From: Candidatus Latescibacterota bacterium
GTDB taxonomy: Bacteria; Latescibacterota; UBA2968
Direction of reading: 5' to 3'
Length of the DNA: 64,000 nt
Assembly (NCBI GenBank): GCA_965208125.1
Contig: OZ242320.1
Location: forward strand, 2,112,001 to 2,176,000
Shown here: positions 8,955 to 19,093 of the stretch, piece by piece
Numbering within the stretch: position 1 is the first letter of the stretch
Layout of the letters: the number at the start of each line of letters is the position of its first letter
Program-made: the position numbers and the translations under genes
The notes under the pieces: generated by a model
Told to the model about the DNA's origin: nothing
What the model saw: only the letters and a program-made list of their open reading frames with translations
Databases searched by the model: none

Positions 8955-9542
8955 ATGCAATTCCATTCTGCCGAATTTGTTACGAGTGTTGGTTTTTTGA
9001 GGCAGTTGCCCCGCGATGGGATGGCTGAGATTGCATTTGCGGGGCGTTCCAATGTGGGCAAGTCGTCGTTGCTCAATCGGCTGTTTAACCGCAAAAATTT
9101 GGCGAAGACCAGCAGCACACCCGGCAAGACGCGAACGCTGAATTTTTACCGCGTAAATCACGCGTATTATTTTGTCGATTTGCCTGGTTATGGCTATGCA
9201 AAGCGCAGTTGGGAAGAGCGCCAGGCGTGGGGGAAGCTGATTGATGGGTATGTGCAGGATCGGCCTTCAATCAGGGGTTTTGTTCTGTTAATTGATGCGA
9301 GGCACGATCCGAGCCGAGATGATTTTCAGATGATCGATTGGCTGGTGTACGGCAAAAAGCCGTTTGTGGTGGTTGCTACGAAGGCCGATAAGCTGTCGGG
9401 TCATAAGCTCAAAAGTCGATTGGATCAAACGCGACGCATGCTCGCTTTGCACGGCGATATTGATCTGTTGCCATTTTCCGCTACGACGGGTCGCGGCAAG
9501 GACGCGGTTTGGCAATGGATTGGAGAGGTGCTGAATGCTTGA
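8955..9542 (+). CDS. engB: Ribosome biogenesis GTPase YihA/YsxC
   Basis: GRSNVGKSS, DLPGYG, TKADK. Confidence 0.95.
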   Translation: MQFHSAEFVTSVGFLRQLPRDGMAEIAFAGRSNVGKSSLLNRLFNRKNLAKTSSTPGKTRTLNFYRVNHAYYFVDLPGYGYAKRSWEERQAWGKLIDGYVQDRPSIRGFVLLIDARHDPSRDDFQMIDWLVYGKKPFVVVATKADKLSGHKLKSRLDQTRRMLALHGDIDLLPFSATTGRGKDAVWQWIGEVLNA

Positions 9543-10635
9543 CTATCGGGTAAAGAATGCCGGGGAGATTCCCACGCCTGCGCTGTTGGTTTACAAGAAG
9601 GCGGTGGCGCATAATATTCGCGCGATTGGGGATATGATGGGTGGGTATGCGCGCCTGCGTCCGCATATTAAGACGCATAAGATGTCGCAGGTTGCGCGTA
9701 TGGAGATGGATGAGGGGATTGATAAGTTTAAGTGTGCAACGCCCAAAGAGGCGGCGATGCTCGCTGCGATTGGTGCGACCGATGTGTTGATTTCTTATCA
9801 TATCGTGGGGGCAAATATCGGGCGCGTGGTGGATTTGAAGCGGTTGTATCCCGATGCCGATTTGAAAGTTATTGCAGATGATGCGGATAATATTCAGGCG
9901 TTGTCCGATGCTTGCACATCGGCGGATGTACATTTGGGCGTTATGGTGGATGTCAATACGGGAATGAATCGCACGGGGGCATTGCCCGGCGCGCCTTCGC
10001 TGGCTCTGGCGCAGCAGATTGCACACGCATCGGGGTTGTGTTTTGCGGGTTTGCACGTGTATGATGGGCATGTGGGTGATTTCGATGGGGATATGCGTCA
10101 GAAGACGGCGATTGAGTCGATTGAGCGGGCTGTTGAGACCCGGTGTCTGATAGAACGATCTGGTATTGAGGTCGAGAAATTGGTGGCTTCGGGGTCGCCG
10201 GGTTTTGAGCATACGCAACGGGTGGATGGGGTGGATGAGGTTTCGCCGGGTACGTGGATTTTTTGGGATATGGGGTATGGTGACAAGTTGCAGAGTCCCT
10301 TTGAATGGGCAGCACTGGTTTTGTCCAGTGTGATCAGTACGACTGCTGACAATCTGATTACGCTGGACGCGGGCAGCAAGTCGGTTGCGCCCGATACGCC
10401 TGTGCCCCATTTTCGAGCGTTGGGGTTGCCAGATGATATTGCGTTTGTGCGGCGCAATGAAGAACATCAGTTGTTGTCTTTGCCGGAGGGCACACCGAGA
10501 CCACATGTGGGCGATCAATTTTATCTGGTGCCGCGCCATGTGTGTACGACTGTGAATTTGTGGGATGAGGTGTGTGTGATTGATGAAGATGGGGTGTTTG
10601 TCGAGACATGGGCCGTGGATGCGAGGGGACATTGA
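9535..10635 (+). CDS. Fold-type III PLP enzyme, D-threonine aldolase/DSD1 family
   Basis: TPALL, LRPHIKTHK, YDGH, NEEH, PRHVCTTVNL. Confidence 0.9.
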   Translation: MLDYRVKNAGEIPTPALLVYKKAVAHNIRAIGDMMGGYARLRPHIKTHKMSQVARMEMDEGIDKFKCATPKEAAMLAAIGATDVLISYHIVGANIGRVVDLKRLYPDADLKVIADDADNIQALSDACTSADVHLGVMVDVNTGMNRTGALPGAPSLALAQQIAHASGLCFAGLHVYDGHVGDFDGDMRQKTAIESIERAVETRCLIERSGIEVEKLVASGSPGFEHTQRVDGVDEVSPGTWIFWDMGYGDKLQSPFEWAALVLSSVISTTADNLITLDAGSKSVAPDTPVPHFRALGLPDDIAFVRRNEEHQLLSLPEGTPRPHVGDQFYLVPRHVCTTVNLWDEVCVIDEDGVFVETWAVDARGH

Positions 10636-12222
10636 GTGAAAATGGAAAAGGTTCTGATTGCCGATTCTCTGGCCGATGGCTGGCAGGATGTTTTTGCTTC
10701 TTCAGATACAGAAGTCGATGTGAATACGGGTCTGTCTGAAGATGCATTGTGTGAGATTATCGGCGATTATGCCGGGCTGATTGTGCGCAGTGCAACGGAG
10801 GTTACGCAGCGGGTGGTTGAAGCGGGTGTGAATCTTCGCGCGATTGGTCGGGCGGGTGCTGGTGTGGATAATATCGATGTGGATGCCGCGACTGAGCGGG
10901 GGATTGTGGTGATGAATGCACCGGGTGGCAATACGATTTCTGCCGCCGAATACGCGATGGCGATGATGATGGCGCTGTCGCGCAATATCCCCCAGGCGAC
11001 GGCGTCGCTTAAAGCTGGCGAATGGGAGCGCGGCAGATATACGGGTGTTGAATTATACGGCAAAACTCTGGGTATTATTGGCGTGGGGCGTGTTGGTCAG
11101 CAAGTGGCGCGACGCGCGCATGTGTTTGGCATGACGCTGTTGGGTGCCGATCCTTTTTTGTCGGATGATCTGGCGCGGCAGTTGCATATACAGCAGGCTT
11201 CTTACGATGAGATTTTTGCCAGATCGGATTATATTACGTTGCACGCAGCGTTTACGGGTCAGACGCATCATCTCATTTCTGCATCGGCGCTTGCAAGGTG
11301 CAAGGATGGGGTGCGTATTATCAATTGTGCCCGGGGCGAGCTTGTGGATGAGGAGGCACTTGATAGGGCGATTGCTGCGGGGAAGGTCGCAGGGGCTGCA
11401 TTGGATGTGTTTGGCGAAGAGCCGCCTGCGGTTGATCATCCGCTGATTAAGAGACCCGAAGTGGTTTCTACACCGCATCTGGGGGCTTCGACGTTTGAGG
11501 CACAGGAAAATGTGGCGCGGCAGATTGCCGTGGATTTGCGCGATGCACTGCAGGGTAAGCCCGTTCAGAGTGGTATCAATTTGCCACCGATTGATCCGGA
11601 ATATCTCGATGCGATCAGTCCCTATCTGTCGCTGGCAGAAAAGGTGGGGTCGCTGCACGCACAACTTATGGGCGGGCATTTGCACAGGGTGATTAATCGC
11701 TATCAGGGTGTGATTCAGGAATACGCTACGGCGCCGCTTACGGCTGCGGTTTTGAAAGGTATTTTTGAATATCAGGCCGAGGAGCCGGTGACGCTGGTCA
11801 ATGCGCCTTTATGGGCTAAGGCACGCAGTATTCGGGTTGAAGAGTCCAAGAGCAGTCACGCGGATTATAGCAATTTGATTACGATAGATGTCGAGACTTC
11901 GGAAGAGACGACATCGATTTCGGCGACGGTTTTTGGGCGCCGGGATTTGCGGTTGGTTCGCATAGATGATATTGAGGTGAAGGCAAAGCTCGAGGGGAAT
12001 ATGATTGTTTTAGGCAATCGGGATGTGCCCGGTGTGGTGGGGCATATGGGCAATTTGTTTGCGGTAAATGGGATCAATATTTCCGATATGGCGCTGGGAC
12101 GCAGGAGCCAGGGCGGCGATGCGATTATGGTTTTTAATATCGATACGCCAGTGCAGGATGAGGTGCTGTCCGATATTGTGTCTCAGGAGTTTGTGAACTG
12201 GGTTAAACAGGTGAAGTTGTGA
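10636..12222 (+). CDS. serA: D-3-phosphoglycerate dehydrogenase
   Basis: GRAGAGVDNID, NCARGELVDE, TPHLGAST, C-terminal ACT domain. Confidence 0.96.
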   Translation: MKMEKVLIADSLADGWQDVFASSDTEVDVNTGLSEDALCEIIGDYAGLIVRSATEVTQRVVEAGVNLRAIGRAGAGVDNIDVDAATERGIVVMNAPGGNTISAAEYAMAMMMALSRNIPQATASLKAGEWERGRYTGVELYGKTLGIIGVGRVGQQVARRAHVFGMTLLGADPFLSDDLARQLHIQQASYDEIFARSDYITLHAAFTGQTHHLISASALARCKDGVRIINCARGELVDEEALDRAIAAGKVAGAALDVFGEEPPAVDHPLIKRPEVVSTPHLGASTFEAQENVARQIAVDLRDALQGKPVQSGINLPPIDPEYLDAISPYLSLAEKVGSLHAQLMGGHLHRVINRYQGVIQEYATAPLTAAVLKGIFEYQAEEPVTLVNAPLWAKARSIRVEESKSSHADYSNLITIDVETSEETTSISATVFGRRDLRLVRIDDIEVKAKLEGNMIVLGNRDVPGVVGHMGNLFAVNGINISDMALGRRSQGGDAIMVFNIDTPVQDEVLSDIVSQEFVNWVKQVKL

Positions 12223-12358
12223 GAAGTGAGAAGGGTGAAGGATATTGGATTATTTTTGTAGGGGCGGGTCTTGTGCCCGCCCGCCTGTGAACGTAGCCGT
12301 ATCCATTGTAGGGGCGAGGCATGCCTCGCCCTTCTGGGTTAAACAGGTGAAATTGTAA
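12198..12358 (+). repeat. 25-bp direct repeat of the serA 3' end enclosing heptamers and two GTAG REPs
   Basis: 12198-12222 vs 12334-12358 (23/25 identical); REPs at 12258 and 12308. Confidence 0.85.
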
Positions 12359-12370
12359 AAGAGGAAAAAA

Positions 12371-13648
12371 ATGTCTGTTTCAGCAATTGTAGGCGCGAAT
12401 TGGGGTGATGAAGGTAAGGGCAAGATGACGGATGTTCTGGCCCGGGATTCCGATTTTGTTATTCGGTTTCAGGGTGGCAATAATGCCGGGCATACGATTA
12501 TTAATGAGTTTGGAAAATTTGCCCTTCACCTTTTGCCTTCGGGCGTGTTTTATCCGCATACGACGAATATTCTGGGTACGGGGATCGCGTTGAATATTCC
12601 GGCTTTTATAGAGGAGGTGGATGATCTCATTGCCCGCGGCGTGCCGAAGCCAAATCTGTGTATATCCGAGCGCGCGCAGGTGTTGCTTCCCTATCATTTG
12701 CTTATGGATGTGTACGAGGAGGAGCGGTTGGGGGATCGAAAATACGGTTCGACCAAGTCGGGTATTGCGCCGTTTTATTCGGATAAGTATTTGAAGGTGG
12801 GGGTTCAGGTTGCCGATTTGTACGATGAGGGCCGGTTGCGGGATCGCGTCGCGCGCGCGCTGGAGGTGAAGAATGTGCTTTTTGAGCATTTGTATCAGAA
12901 GCCGCTGATGTCTCTGGAGGAGATTGTGCCGGATTTGATGGCGGCCGGAGAGCAGATTGCGCCTTATGTTTGCGATACGTCCTTGTTGCTCCACAATGCG
13001 TTGAAGGAGAAGAAGAAGATTCTGGTGGAGGGGCAGTTGGGTGCTTTGCGCGATCCGGATCACGGTATTTATCCCTATCCCACATCTTCTTCCACGTTGG
13101 CGGGGTTTGCGTCGATTGGGGCGGGGATTCCGCCTCATTCGATTACGCAGGTTGTCGCTGTTGCCAAGGCGTATTCTTCTTGTGTGGGGGCGGGACCTTT
13201 TATTTCTGAGATTTTTGGCGAGGAGGCGGAGGAGCTTCGCGAGCGGGGCGGCGATGCAGGGGAGTACGGTGCGACGACGGGACGGCCCCGCAGGATGGGC
13301 TGGTTTGACGCTGTTGCTACGCGCTATGGGTGTCGCATGCAAGGGGCGACTGCGGTTGCGTTGTCGCTGCTCGATGTGCTGGGTTATCTGGATGAGATTC
13401 CGGTTTGTACAGCTTATGAGATTGATGGGGAGAGGACAGAGATTTTTCCAGTGCCGTCGCTGCTCGACCGGGCGACGCCTGTGTTGGAGAAGTTGCCGGG
13501 GTGGAGAACAGATATTTCTTCGGTGCGCGAGTTCTCGGATTTGCCAGCAAATGCACAGCGTTATGTGAAGCATATCGAGGCGTGGCTCGAGGTTCCGGTG
13601 AAGTGGATTTCCGTGGGACCGAGACGGGAGGACATTATTGAGATGTGA
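12371..13648 (+). CDS. purA: Adenylosuccinate synthetase
   Basis: WGDEGKGK, GGNNAGHT, EYGATTGRPRR. Confidence 0.97.
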   Translation: MSVSAIVGANWGDEGKGKMTDVLARDSDFVIRFQGGNNAGHTIINEFGKFALHLLPSGVFYPHTTNILGTGIALNIPAFIEEVDDLIARGVPKPNLCISERAQVLLPYHLLMDVYEEERLGDRKYGSTKSGIAPFYSDKYLKVGVQVADLYDEGRLRDRVARALEVKNVLFEHLYQKPLMSLEEIVPDLMAAGEQIAPYVCDTSLLLHNALKEKKKILVEGQLGALRDPDHGIYPYPTSSSTLAGFASIGAGIPPHSITQVVAVAKAYSSCVGAGPFISEIFGEEAEELRERGGDAGEYGATTGRPRRMGWFDAVATRYGCRMQGATAVALSLLDVLGYLDEIPVCTAYEIDGERTEIFPVPSLLDRATPVLEKLPGWRTDISSVREFSDLPANAQRYVKHIEAWLEVPVKWISVGPRREDIIEM

Positions 13649-13688
13649 TGGTGTGCGTGTGTGGATTCTTATGTTCCAGTGAGGTGAG

Positions 13689-13719
13689 AAAAGCCTGTCC
13701 AAAAGGACGGGCTTTTTTT
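13689..13719 (+). terminator. Intrinsic terminator after purA
   Basis: AAAAGCCTGTCC-AAAA-GGACGGGC followed by a T run. Confidence 0.8.
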
Positions 13720-13825
13720 GTTCAGAAGAACGATGTTTTGGGTTCGCGAATGGGGTATTTTGGGGAAACCTCGAACGTTTCGATTTTGTCAAAGAATAGG
13801 CAGAATATCACATCAAATATAGCTT

Positions 13826-14521
13826 ATGGAGGCAAATCCGATGTCATCCCTTCCCGTTGGAGATTTTGTGCCGTCTGTGTCTGAAGTGCGTATCCCGCGA
13901 CGTATGGTTTATGAGGGTGAGTATATTGCGCTGTCACCACTCGATCCCGAAAGGGATGCGCCCGGGTTGTTTGCGTGTTCGCATGGGACGGAATTTGTGG
14001 AGCAGTTGTGGACGTATATGGCGTATGGGCCTTTTGAAGATGTGTCGGACATGCAGGCGTGGCTTGAGCAGATTGAGCGTTCGGAGGATCCGCTCTTTTT
14101 GAGTGTTCGGGATAGAGTATCTGATCGGCCTGTTGGTATGGTGAGTTTTTTGAATATTGTGCCCGATGCGCGGCGGTTGGAGCTTGGGAATATCTGGTAC
14201 GGTCCGGAGGCACAAAATACGTGTGCGAATACCGAGGCGGCGTATCTCATGCTTTGCGAGGCGTTTGATTGTATGGGTTATCGCCGCGTGGAATGGAAAT
14301 GCGATGCGCTCAATAAACGCTCGCGGTCTGCCGCACTCCGCCTGGGGTTCACTTATGAAGGGCTATTTCGCCAGCATATGATTGTTAAAGACCGCAACCG
14401 GGATACGACGTGGTTTTCCATGCTGGATACAGAATGGTCCCGGATTAAAGAAAATATGGAAGAATGGCTGTATAACAATCCGGATAAGTCCTGGTCGCTG
14501 AGGGAAAGAACTGTGCGCTAA
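13826..14521 (+). CDS. RimJ/RimL-type GNAT acetyltransferase
   Basis: GYRRVEWKCDALN, RLGFTYEGLFRQH, RNRDTTWFS. Confidence 0.9.
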   Translation: MEANPMSSLPVGDFVPSVSEVRIPRRMVYEGEYIALSPLDPERDAPGLFACSHGTEFVEQLWTYMAYGPFEDVSDMQAWLEQIERSEDPLFLSVRDRVSDRPVGMVSFLNIVPDARRLELGNIWYGPEAQNTCANTEAAYLMLCEAFDCMGYRRVEWKCDALNKRSRSAALRLGFTYEGLFRQHMIVKDRNRDTTWFSMLDTEWSRIKENMEEWLYNNPDKSWSLRERTVR

Positions 14522-14636
14522 AAAAATAACTGCCGCAAAAGTGGTTTGCCTTTTCGCCTCTATCTCGTATAATTAGGTAGTGCTGGTCATTTGATACGGA
14601 CTGGCATAACAAAGCCGCAATGGAAGCTGGTAATAC

Positions 14637-15233
14637 ATGCTGAATTTGAATGAACTGGACACTGATGACATCCCTGGTATCACGCGGGTAAAGGGCAATG
14701 AGCTGGCACAGGCAGGGGCCGTATGCTTGGAATTGCAAGGACACCAACAAGGTGTCCAACTTATAGTTCAAGGATATGCTAACAATAGCTATACCATGGC
14801 TTGGACGCCAGCAAATAACCAGACATTGCGGACCTAGAATGACCCCGATGAAGCTACCGAAGCCGGTGCTGCTGCCATAGCGATTCTATTGGTAATCAAG
14901 GAAATTGGTTACACCGTTATTGCGCGTTCACGGAAAGGCACGGGATTTGATTACTGGCTGGGTAATGCTGATATATTAAATATATCAACTATTGAACGCG
15001 AGGTAACGACGGATTTGCGACACATTCTGCAAGATGACAACCTCGTTGTTCGAGGCAGGATGGAAGTATCCGGTATTCGTGAGGGCAATGACCGCCAAGT
15101 CAGAGCAAGAATGCAGCAAAAGTTACAACAGATAAACCGGTCTAATGCTTTGAGATTGCCAGCTTACGTAATCGTAGTTGAATTTAGCAGGCCACTTGCC
15201 GAGGTTGGAGAAAAGAGAAATGAGCAAAGTTAG
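14637..15233 (+). pseudogene. Putative PD-(D/E)xK-like nuclease interrupted by an in-frame TAG at 14835
   Basis: ORFs 14637-14837 and 14889-15233 share a frame; EATEAGA, KGTGFDYWL and MEVSGI motifs. Confidence 0.7.
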
Positions 15234-15588
15234 TGATCTTCACAACAAGGCTATGGAATTCGCTGATCTTGCTGATCTGGAACGGCGGCGAAGCAACGAG
15301 GAACGGGCAGCGGAGTTTCTTGAGCAGGCGTTGGAATTTGAACTGGCTGCAATCGCCGAACTGTATGATCAGGACGGGCTAACTTGGTCCGTGCTGCACC
15401 GCAGTGCCGGGTGGCTGGCTTTGGACTGCAACCGACCACGTTTAGCTGAGCAACTGGCCTGCAAAGCCCTCGCTGGCGATCCTCATCCAGAGATTGCTGA
15501 AGAATTGCGAGACCTTCTGGCGGAAACCTATGCTCGAATGCACCGCAAACCAAAGGGTGCCTCTATGGCCGAAACCGCCGATAACTAA
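15220..15588 (+). CDS. Helical TPR-like hypothetical protein overlapping the upstream gene
   Basis: LHNKAMEFAD...SVLHRSAGWLALDC...EIAEELRDLL. Confidence 0.75.
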   Translation: MSKVSDLHNKAMEFADLADLERRRSNEERAAEFLEQALEFELAAIAELYDQDGLTWSVLHRSAGWLALDCNRPRLAEQLACKALAGDPHPEIAEELRDLLAETYARMHRKPKGASMAETADN

Positions 15589-15616
15589 CCGTTCGGTACT
15601 CCCATTTATTGCACAC

Positions 15617-15655
15617 AAAAACCCCAGACGATTTTCGCTTGGGGTCTTGTTTTTA
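15617..15655 (+). terminator. Intrinsic terminator
   Basis: ACCCCAG...TTGGGGT followed by a T-rich tract. Confidence 0.6.
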
Positions 15656-15728
15656 TAACAGAAATGAACACGCGACCATTAACTAATGACCTCTGTACCC
15701 CTACTAACACACCTGCCTAAACAGCGTG

Positions 15729-16874
15729 TTATTTTAATTTTTGAGCAGCAATTATTGCTGTGTTATAATAGGCATCGCCTTTGACGGAGTTTGCAAGAAC
15801 TTTATTTAACCAAATTTTTTGGGATTCTTTGTCCTTAAGACTCTTGTATAGATCAACGATTTTAAGTCGATACAAATTTAATTCTGGATCATTTGGAAAT
15901 TCAGTTTCCAGTTGATTGAATGTTTCCACAAAAATCGGCAGATATTTGTTATATCGCCTTTCTTTTTCACCACGCATGTCACCAAAATTTGATTTATCGA
16001 GTCCGACAACAATTGTCATACCTCGATTTGAATTTGAAGTTTTTTTCCAACCAAGTAGAGTCTGCATTTTCATTTTGTACGCCATATTCGCATAACTTGT
16101 GCCAGGAGTATTTTGAATCGCTGTATCGTAAAGTTCGATCATGCGATTAAAATTCTTCACTTCAATGAATCTTTCTGATAGTTTTGGTTCTTCCAGATCA
16201 ACTTTTACTTCCTTTCTTTTAGCAGAAAGATCAATAGCCGTGCTTAAAGCTCCCATTGCAACGATTTCATTATTGAATTTTTCCGTCATTTCGATTGAAA
16301 CTTGAGAAAATTCACTTTCAGAAAATTTTTCCTGGAGTTCCTTCCAAATAGAGATTCCCTTTGAAAACTTTTTTAGTCCCTGTATTCTCAGGTCATTTAA
16401 TCTCAGGGTGGTTTCAAATGTCATCATAGTTAAATTTTGACTTCGATGTTCATACGCAGAACTCTGCCCCGACATTATATCTGCCCGCATATAGGATAAA
16501 TTTGATGAAACAGAATTTCGACTTAAAGCACCAGAGACACCTGAGAGAAGTGAACCAATGCCAAGCCAAAGTTGTTTGTTTCGATTCGATTTTATTTGAC
16601 GCGAAATATAATTTTGCATCGCCAATTCGGAAGCATTGAAATGTACATATGAATTGGCAATTAAAACCATAGATTCTTCAACGAGAATGAGTCCGAGCAA
16701 AAAATAACCCTCGGCAGCCTGACTGTCTGGCGCGTCAAAAACAACATTGCGGATAATCTCACGCTTAGATTCTTCAGGAAAACCAGCTTGCAAATATAAT
16801 TTTGCTTTAGACAAACTGTCTGCATAAACATCCATACACGATATCAAAATAATTGCCGAGAGAATCCACTTCAT
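15729..16874 (-). CDS. Exported helical or TPR-like hypothetical protein, AT-rich
   Basis: 381-aa ORF, signal peptide MKWILSAIILISCMDVYA, GGAGG RBS. Confidence 0.7.
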   Translation of the reverse strand: MKWILSAIILISCMDVYADSLSKAKLYLQAGFPEESKREIIRNVVFDAPDSQAAEGYFLLGLILVEESMVLIANSYVHFNASELAMQNYISRQIKSNRNKQLWLGIGSLLSGVSGALSRNSVSSNLSYMRADIMSGQSSAYEHRSQNLTMMTFETTLRLNDLRIQGLKKFSKGISIWKELQEKFSESEFSQVSIEMTEKFNNEIVAMGALSTAIDLSAKRKEVKVDLEEPKLSERFIEVKNFNRMIELYDTAIQNTPGTSYANMAYKMKMQTLLGWKKTSNSNRGMTIVVGLDKSNFGDMRGEKERRYNKYLPIFVETFNQLETEFPNDPELNLYRLKIVDLYKSLKDKESQKIWLNKVLANSVKGDAYYNTAIIAAQKLK

Positions 16875-16875
16875 T

Positions 16876-17082
16876 TCAGCCTCCTTGTTTTTTGTTTTTA
16901 CATGACTGTCGTTTTATCGCGTCAGAAGGACCTGCTTTGTCGGAAATTGAGGATTTCTGACTGGACAATGTGACGCGCTTGCCCTTCGTCCAATCTACAT
17001 ACTCAGTCGAGTCGTGAGTATCCCAGAATGCGCGCTCCTCATCTTCATTCTTGAACTTTGGAATCTGTTTCTTCCTGGGCAT
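16876..17082 (-). pseudogene. BrnA/CopG-like antitoxin fragment lacking its C-terminal domain
   Basis: IPKFKNEDEERAFWDTHDSTEYVDW then unrelated sequence. Confidence 0.7.
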
Positions 17083-17170
17083 TGTTCTACTCCTTTCTTT
17101 TTTCTTTATCTTTCCTCCAAATTTACACATTTTCACTGGTAATATTGATTTTTTTCCAAAGGAGTCCACT

Positions 17171-17929
17171 ATGTCTCTCGCTGCATGTATATGGGCACTG
17201 ACCTGTGCTGAGGAACTCGCGTTGGAGCAGGTTGCCGATGCGGGGTTTACGCATATTGATATTCGTCCGGGTTGGCTTCGGACAGCCGATCTTCAACAAC
17301 GGGCGAAGGATCTCGGTCTCTCTGTTTCTTGTATTGCCGCTTCTGCCGATATGCCCGAGGGGGCGTCCCTTGCAGGAGATGATCCACAATCCGCACGCGA
17401 TCACATAAATCGGGCATTTGAACACGGTGCTCGGCTCGGTGCTACGACTGCGTACCTGGTGCCCCAGGGCGATGATGCCGACCTGTTTGCCGAGTCTTTG
17501 AATGTGTTGGCTGATCAGGCGCAAGATGCAGGTGTCAAGCTCGCTGTCGAACATTTTCCAGGTACGTTTTTGCCGACGGTGCCGTTTACGCTCGATTATC
17601 TCGAAGGGATCGGACATCCCAATCTGTATCTGCTTTTTGATATTGGACACGCACAGATGGCGAATGAAGATCCCGCGGATATGATCGCGCTGGCAGGGGA
17701 CCGGCTGGGTTATGTTCATCTCGATGATAATGATGGGGAGGAGGATCTGCACCTGGGGCTGTGCGATGGGGTGCTTACGCGAGAGGTGCTGCAATCTACA
17801 TTCGCCGCGCTTCTGTCGGTCAATTATGCCGGGAATATGAGTCTCGAGCTCAAGCCGGATATTCCAGATCCTCTCGATGCGCTGAAGAGGAGTCGGGGGA
17901 TTGTTAGAAGTGTGAAGGATGAAGGATGA
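17171..17929 (+). CDS. Sugar phosphate isomerase/epimerase (xylose isomerase-like TIM barrel)
   Basis: LAVEH, LFDIGH, YVHLDDN..DLHL, SLE. Confidence 0.85.
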   Translation: MSLAACIWALTCAEELALEQVADAGFTHIDIRPGWLRTADLQQRAKDLGLSVSCIAASADMPEGASLAGDDPQSARDHINRAFEHGARLGATTAYLVPQGDDADLFAESLNVLADQAQDAGVKLAVEHFPGTFLPTVPFTLDYLEGIGHPNLYLLFDIGHAQMANEDPADMIALAGDRLGYVHLDDNDGEEDLHLGLCDGVLTREVLQSTFAALLSVNYAGNMSLELKPDIPDPLDALKRSRGIVRSVKDEG

Positions 17930-17998
17930 AGTGTGAAGAAGCACCCGCTCTGGGGTGGTGTTGGGTGGTTTTCTCACTTCTTACTTCACACTTCTTAC
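17903..17998. repeat. Heptamer array, spacer, inverted heptamer array
   Basis: Five GNNNGAA units, ~33-bp spacer, four TTCNNAC units. Confidence 0.75.
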
Positions 17999-18004
17999 TT
18001 GCTT

Positions 18005-18997
18005 TTACAGTTTGACCACGACCCGTCCGCGCATTTGTCCGGATAGGATGCGATCTATTTGGGCATTCAGGTCTTCCAGGTCGCATTCTGCGATTATGTT
18101 GTTCAGGGTGTTGATTTTCCAATCTGTGGCGATTTTTTTCCAGATTTTTAGTCTGAGGTCCATGGGGCATAGGACAGAGTCGATGCCGATTAGTTTGACG
18201 CCGCGGAGGATAAATGGATATACTGTGGTGTGTAGTTCGGGGGATGCTACCAGGCCACAACAGGTTATTACGCCGTGATATTGCGTTGTTTTGATGAGTG
18301 TTGACAGGATGTTTCCGCCAACGGTGTCTATTGCCGCTGCCCAGCGGCCCGATAGGATGGGCCGTCCCGTGTCGTCGTCCAATGTGCGCCGATCTATGAC
18401 TTCAGATGCGCCGAGTTCTTTCAGGAAGTCCGTTTCTGACGCTTTTCCGGTGGCTGCTACGACTCGAAAGCCGCTTTTGGCCAATATCGCCACTGCGAGA
18501 CTGCCCACGCCGCCGGTTGCGCCGGTTACTGCGATGTCGCCCTGGTCTGGCGTCACGCCTGTTTCGATGATGTGATGGACTGATAGTGCTGCTGTAAATC
18601 CCGCTGTTCCATATCCCATGCTTTCTTTTGTGGTCAATTCTTCGGGGAGTCTGACCAGCCAATGGGCGGGTACTCTGATGTATTGTCCGAATCCGCCCGG
18701 TGTATTCATTCCCAAATCGTAGCCCGTGACCAATACGCTGTCGCCAGGTTCATAGTCGGCAATAGCGCTTTCGACGATTTCTCCTGCTGCATCTATGCCC
18801 GGCGTGTGTGGATATGCCTGCGTTACGCCGCGATGCCCGGTTGCAGATAGGGCGTCTTTGTAATTTAGCGAGGAGCAGCGCACGCGTATCAGTACTTCGC
18901 CTTCGGGGAGTTCATCTATCTGGCGTTTTTCTATGGATCTTAAAAACTGGCTCTCTGTTTGGCGTACGACGAGTGCTCGAAATGATGTCATTAACAT
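18005..18997 (-). CDS. YhdH/AcuI family quinone oxidoreductase (acrylyl-CoA reductase-like)
   Basis: SSLNYKDAL, GTAGFTA, TGATGGVGS, PFILRGVKLIGIDSV. Confidence 0.92.
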   Translation of the reverse strand: MLMTSFRALVVRQTESQFLRSIEKRQIDELPEGEVLIRVRCSSLNYKDALSATGHRGVTQAYPHTPGIDAAGEIVESAIADYEPGDSVLVTGYDLGMNTPGGFGQYIRVPAHWLVRLPEELTTKESMGYGTAGFTAALSVHHIIETGVTPDQGDIAVTGATGGVGSLAVAILAKSGFRVVAATGKASETDFLKELGASEVIDRRTLDDDTGRPILSGRWAAAIDTVGGNILSTLIKTTQYHGVITCCGLVASPELHTTVYPFILRGVKLIGIDSVLCPMDLRLKIWKKIATDWKINTLNNIIAECDLEDLNAQIDRILSGQMRGRVVVKL

Positions 18998-19093
18998 TCC
19001 TCCTTATAATAATTTAAGAATTGTCTCTTAAATTGGTATTCAGTACACTATATTACACGTTACAACTCTAATTCCAAACAATAGTATAACACA

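Noticed and set aside
14835-14837. Pyrrolysine or recoded TAG readthrough
   Set aside because: No pyl genes in the window, TAG is a normal stop elsewhere (tig, McrB-like gene), and a single TGG-to-TAG change is simpler
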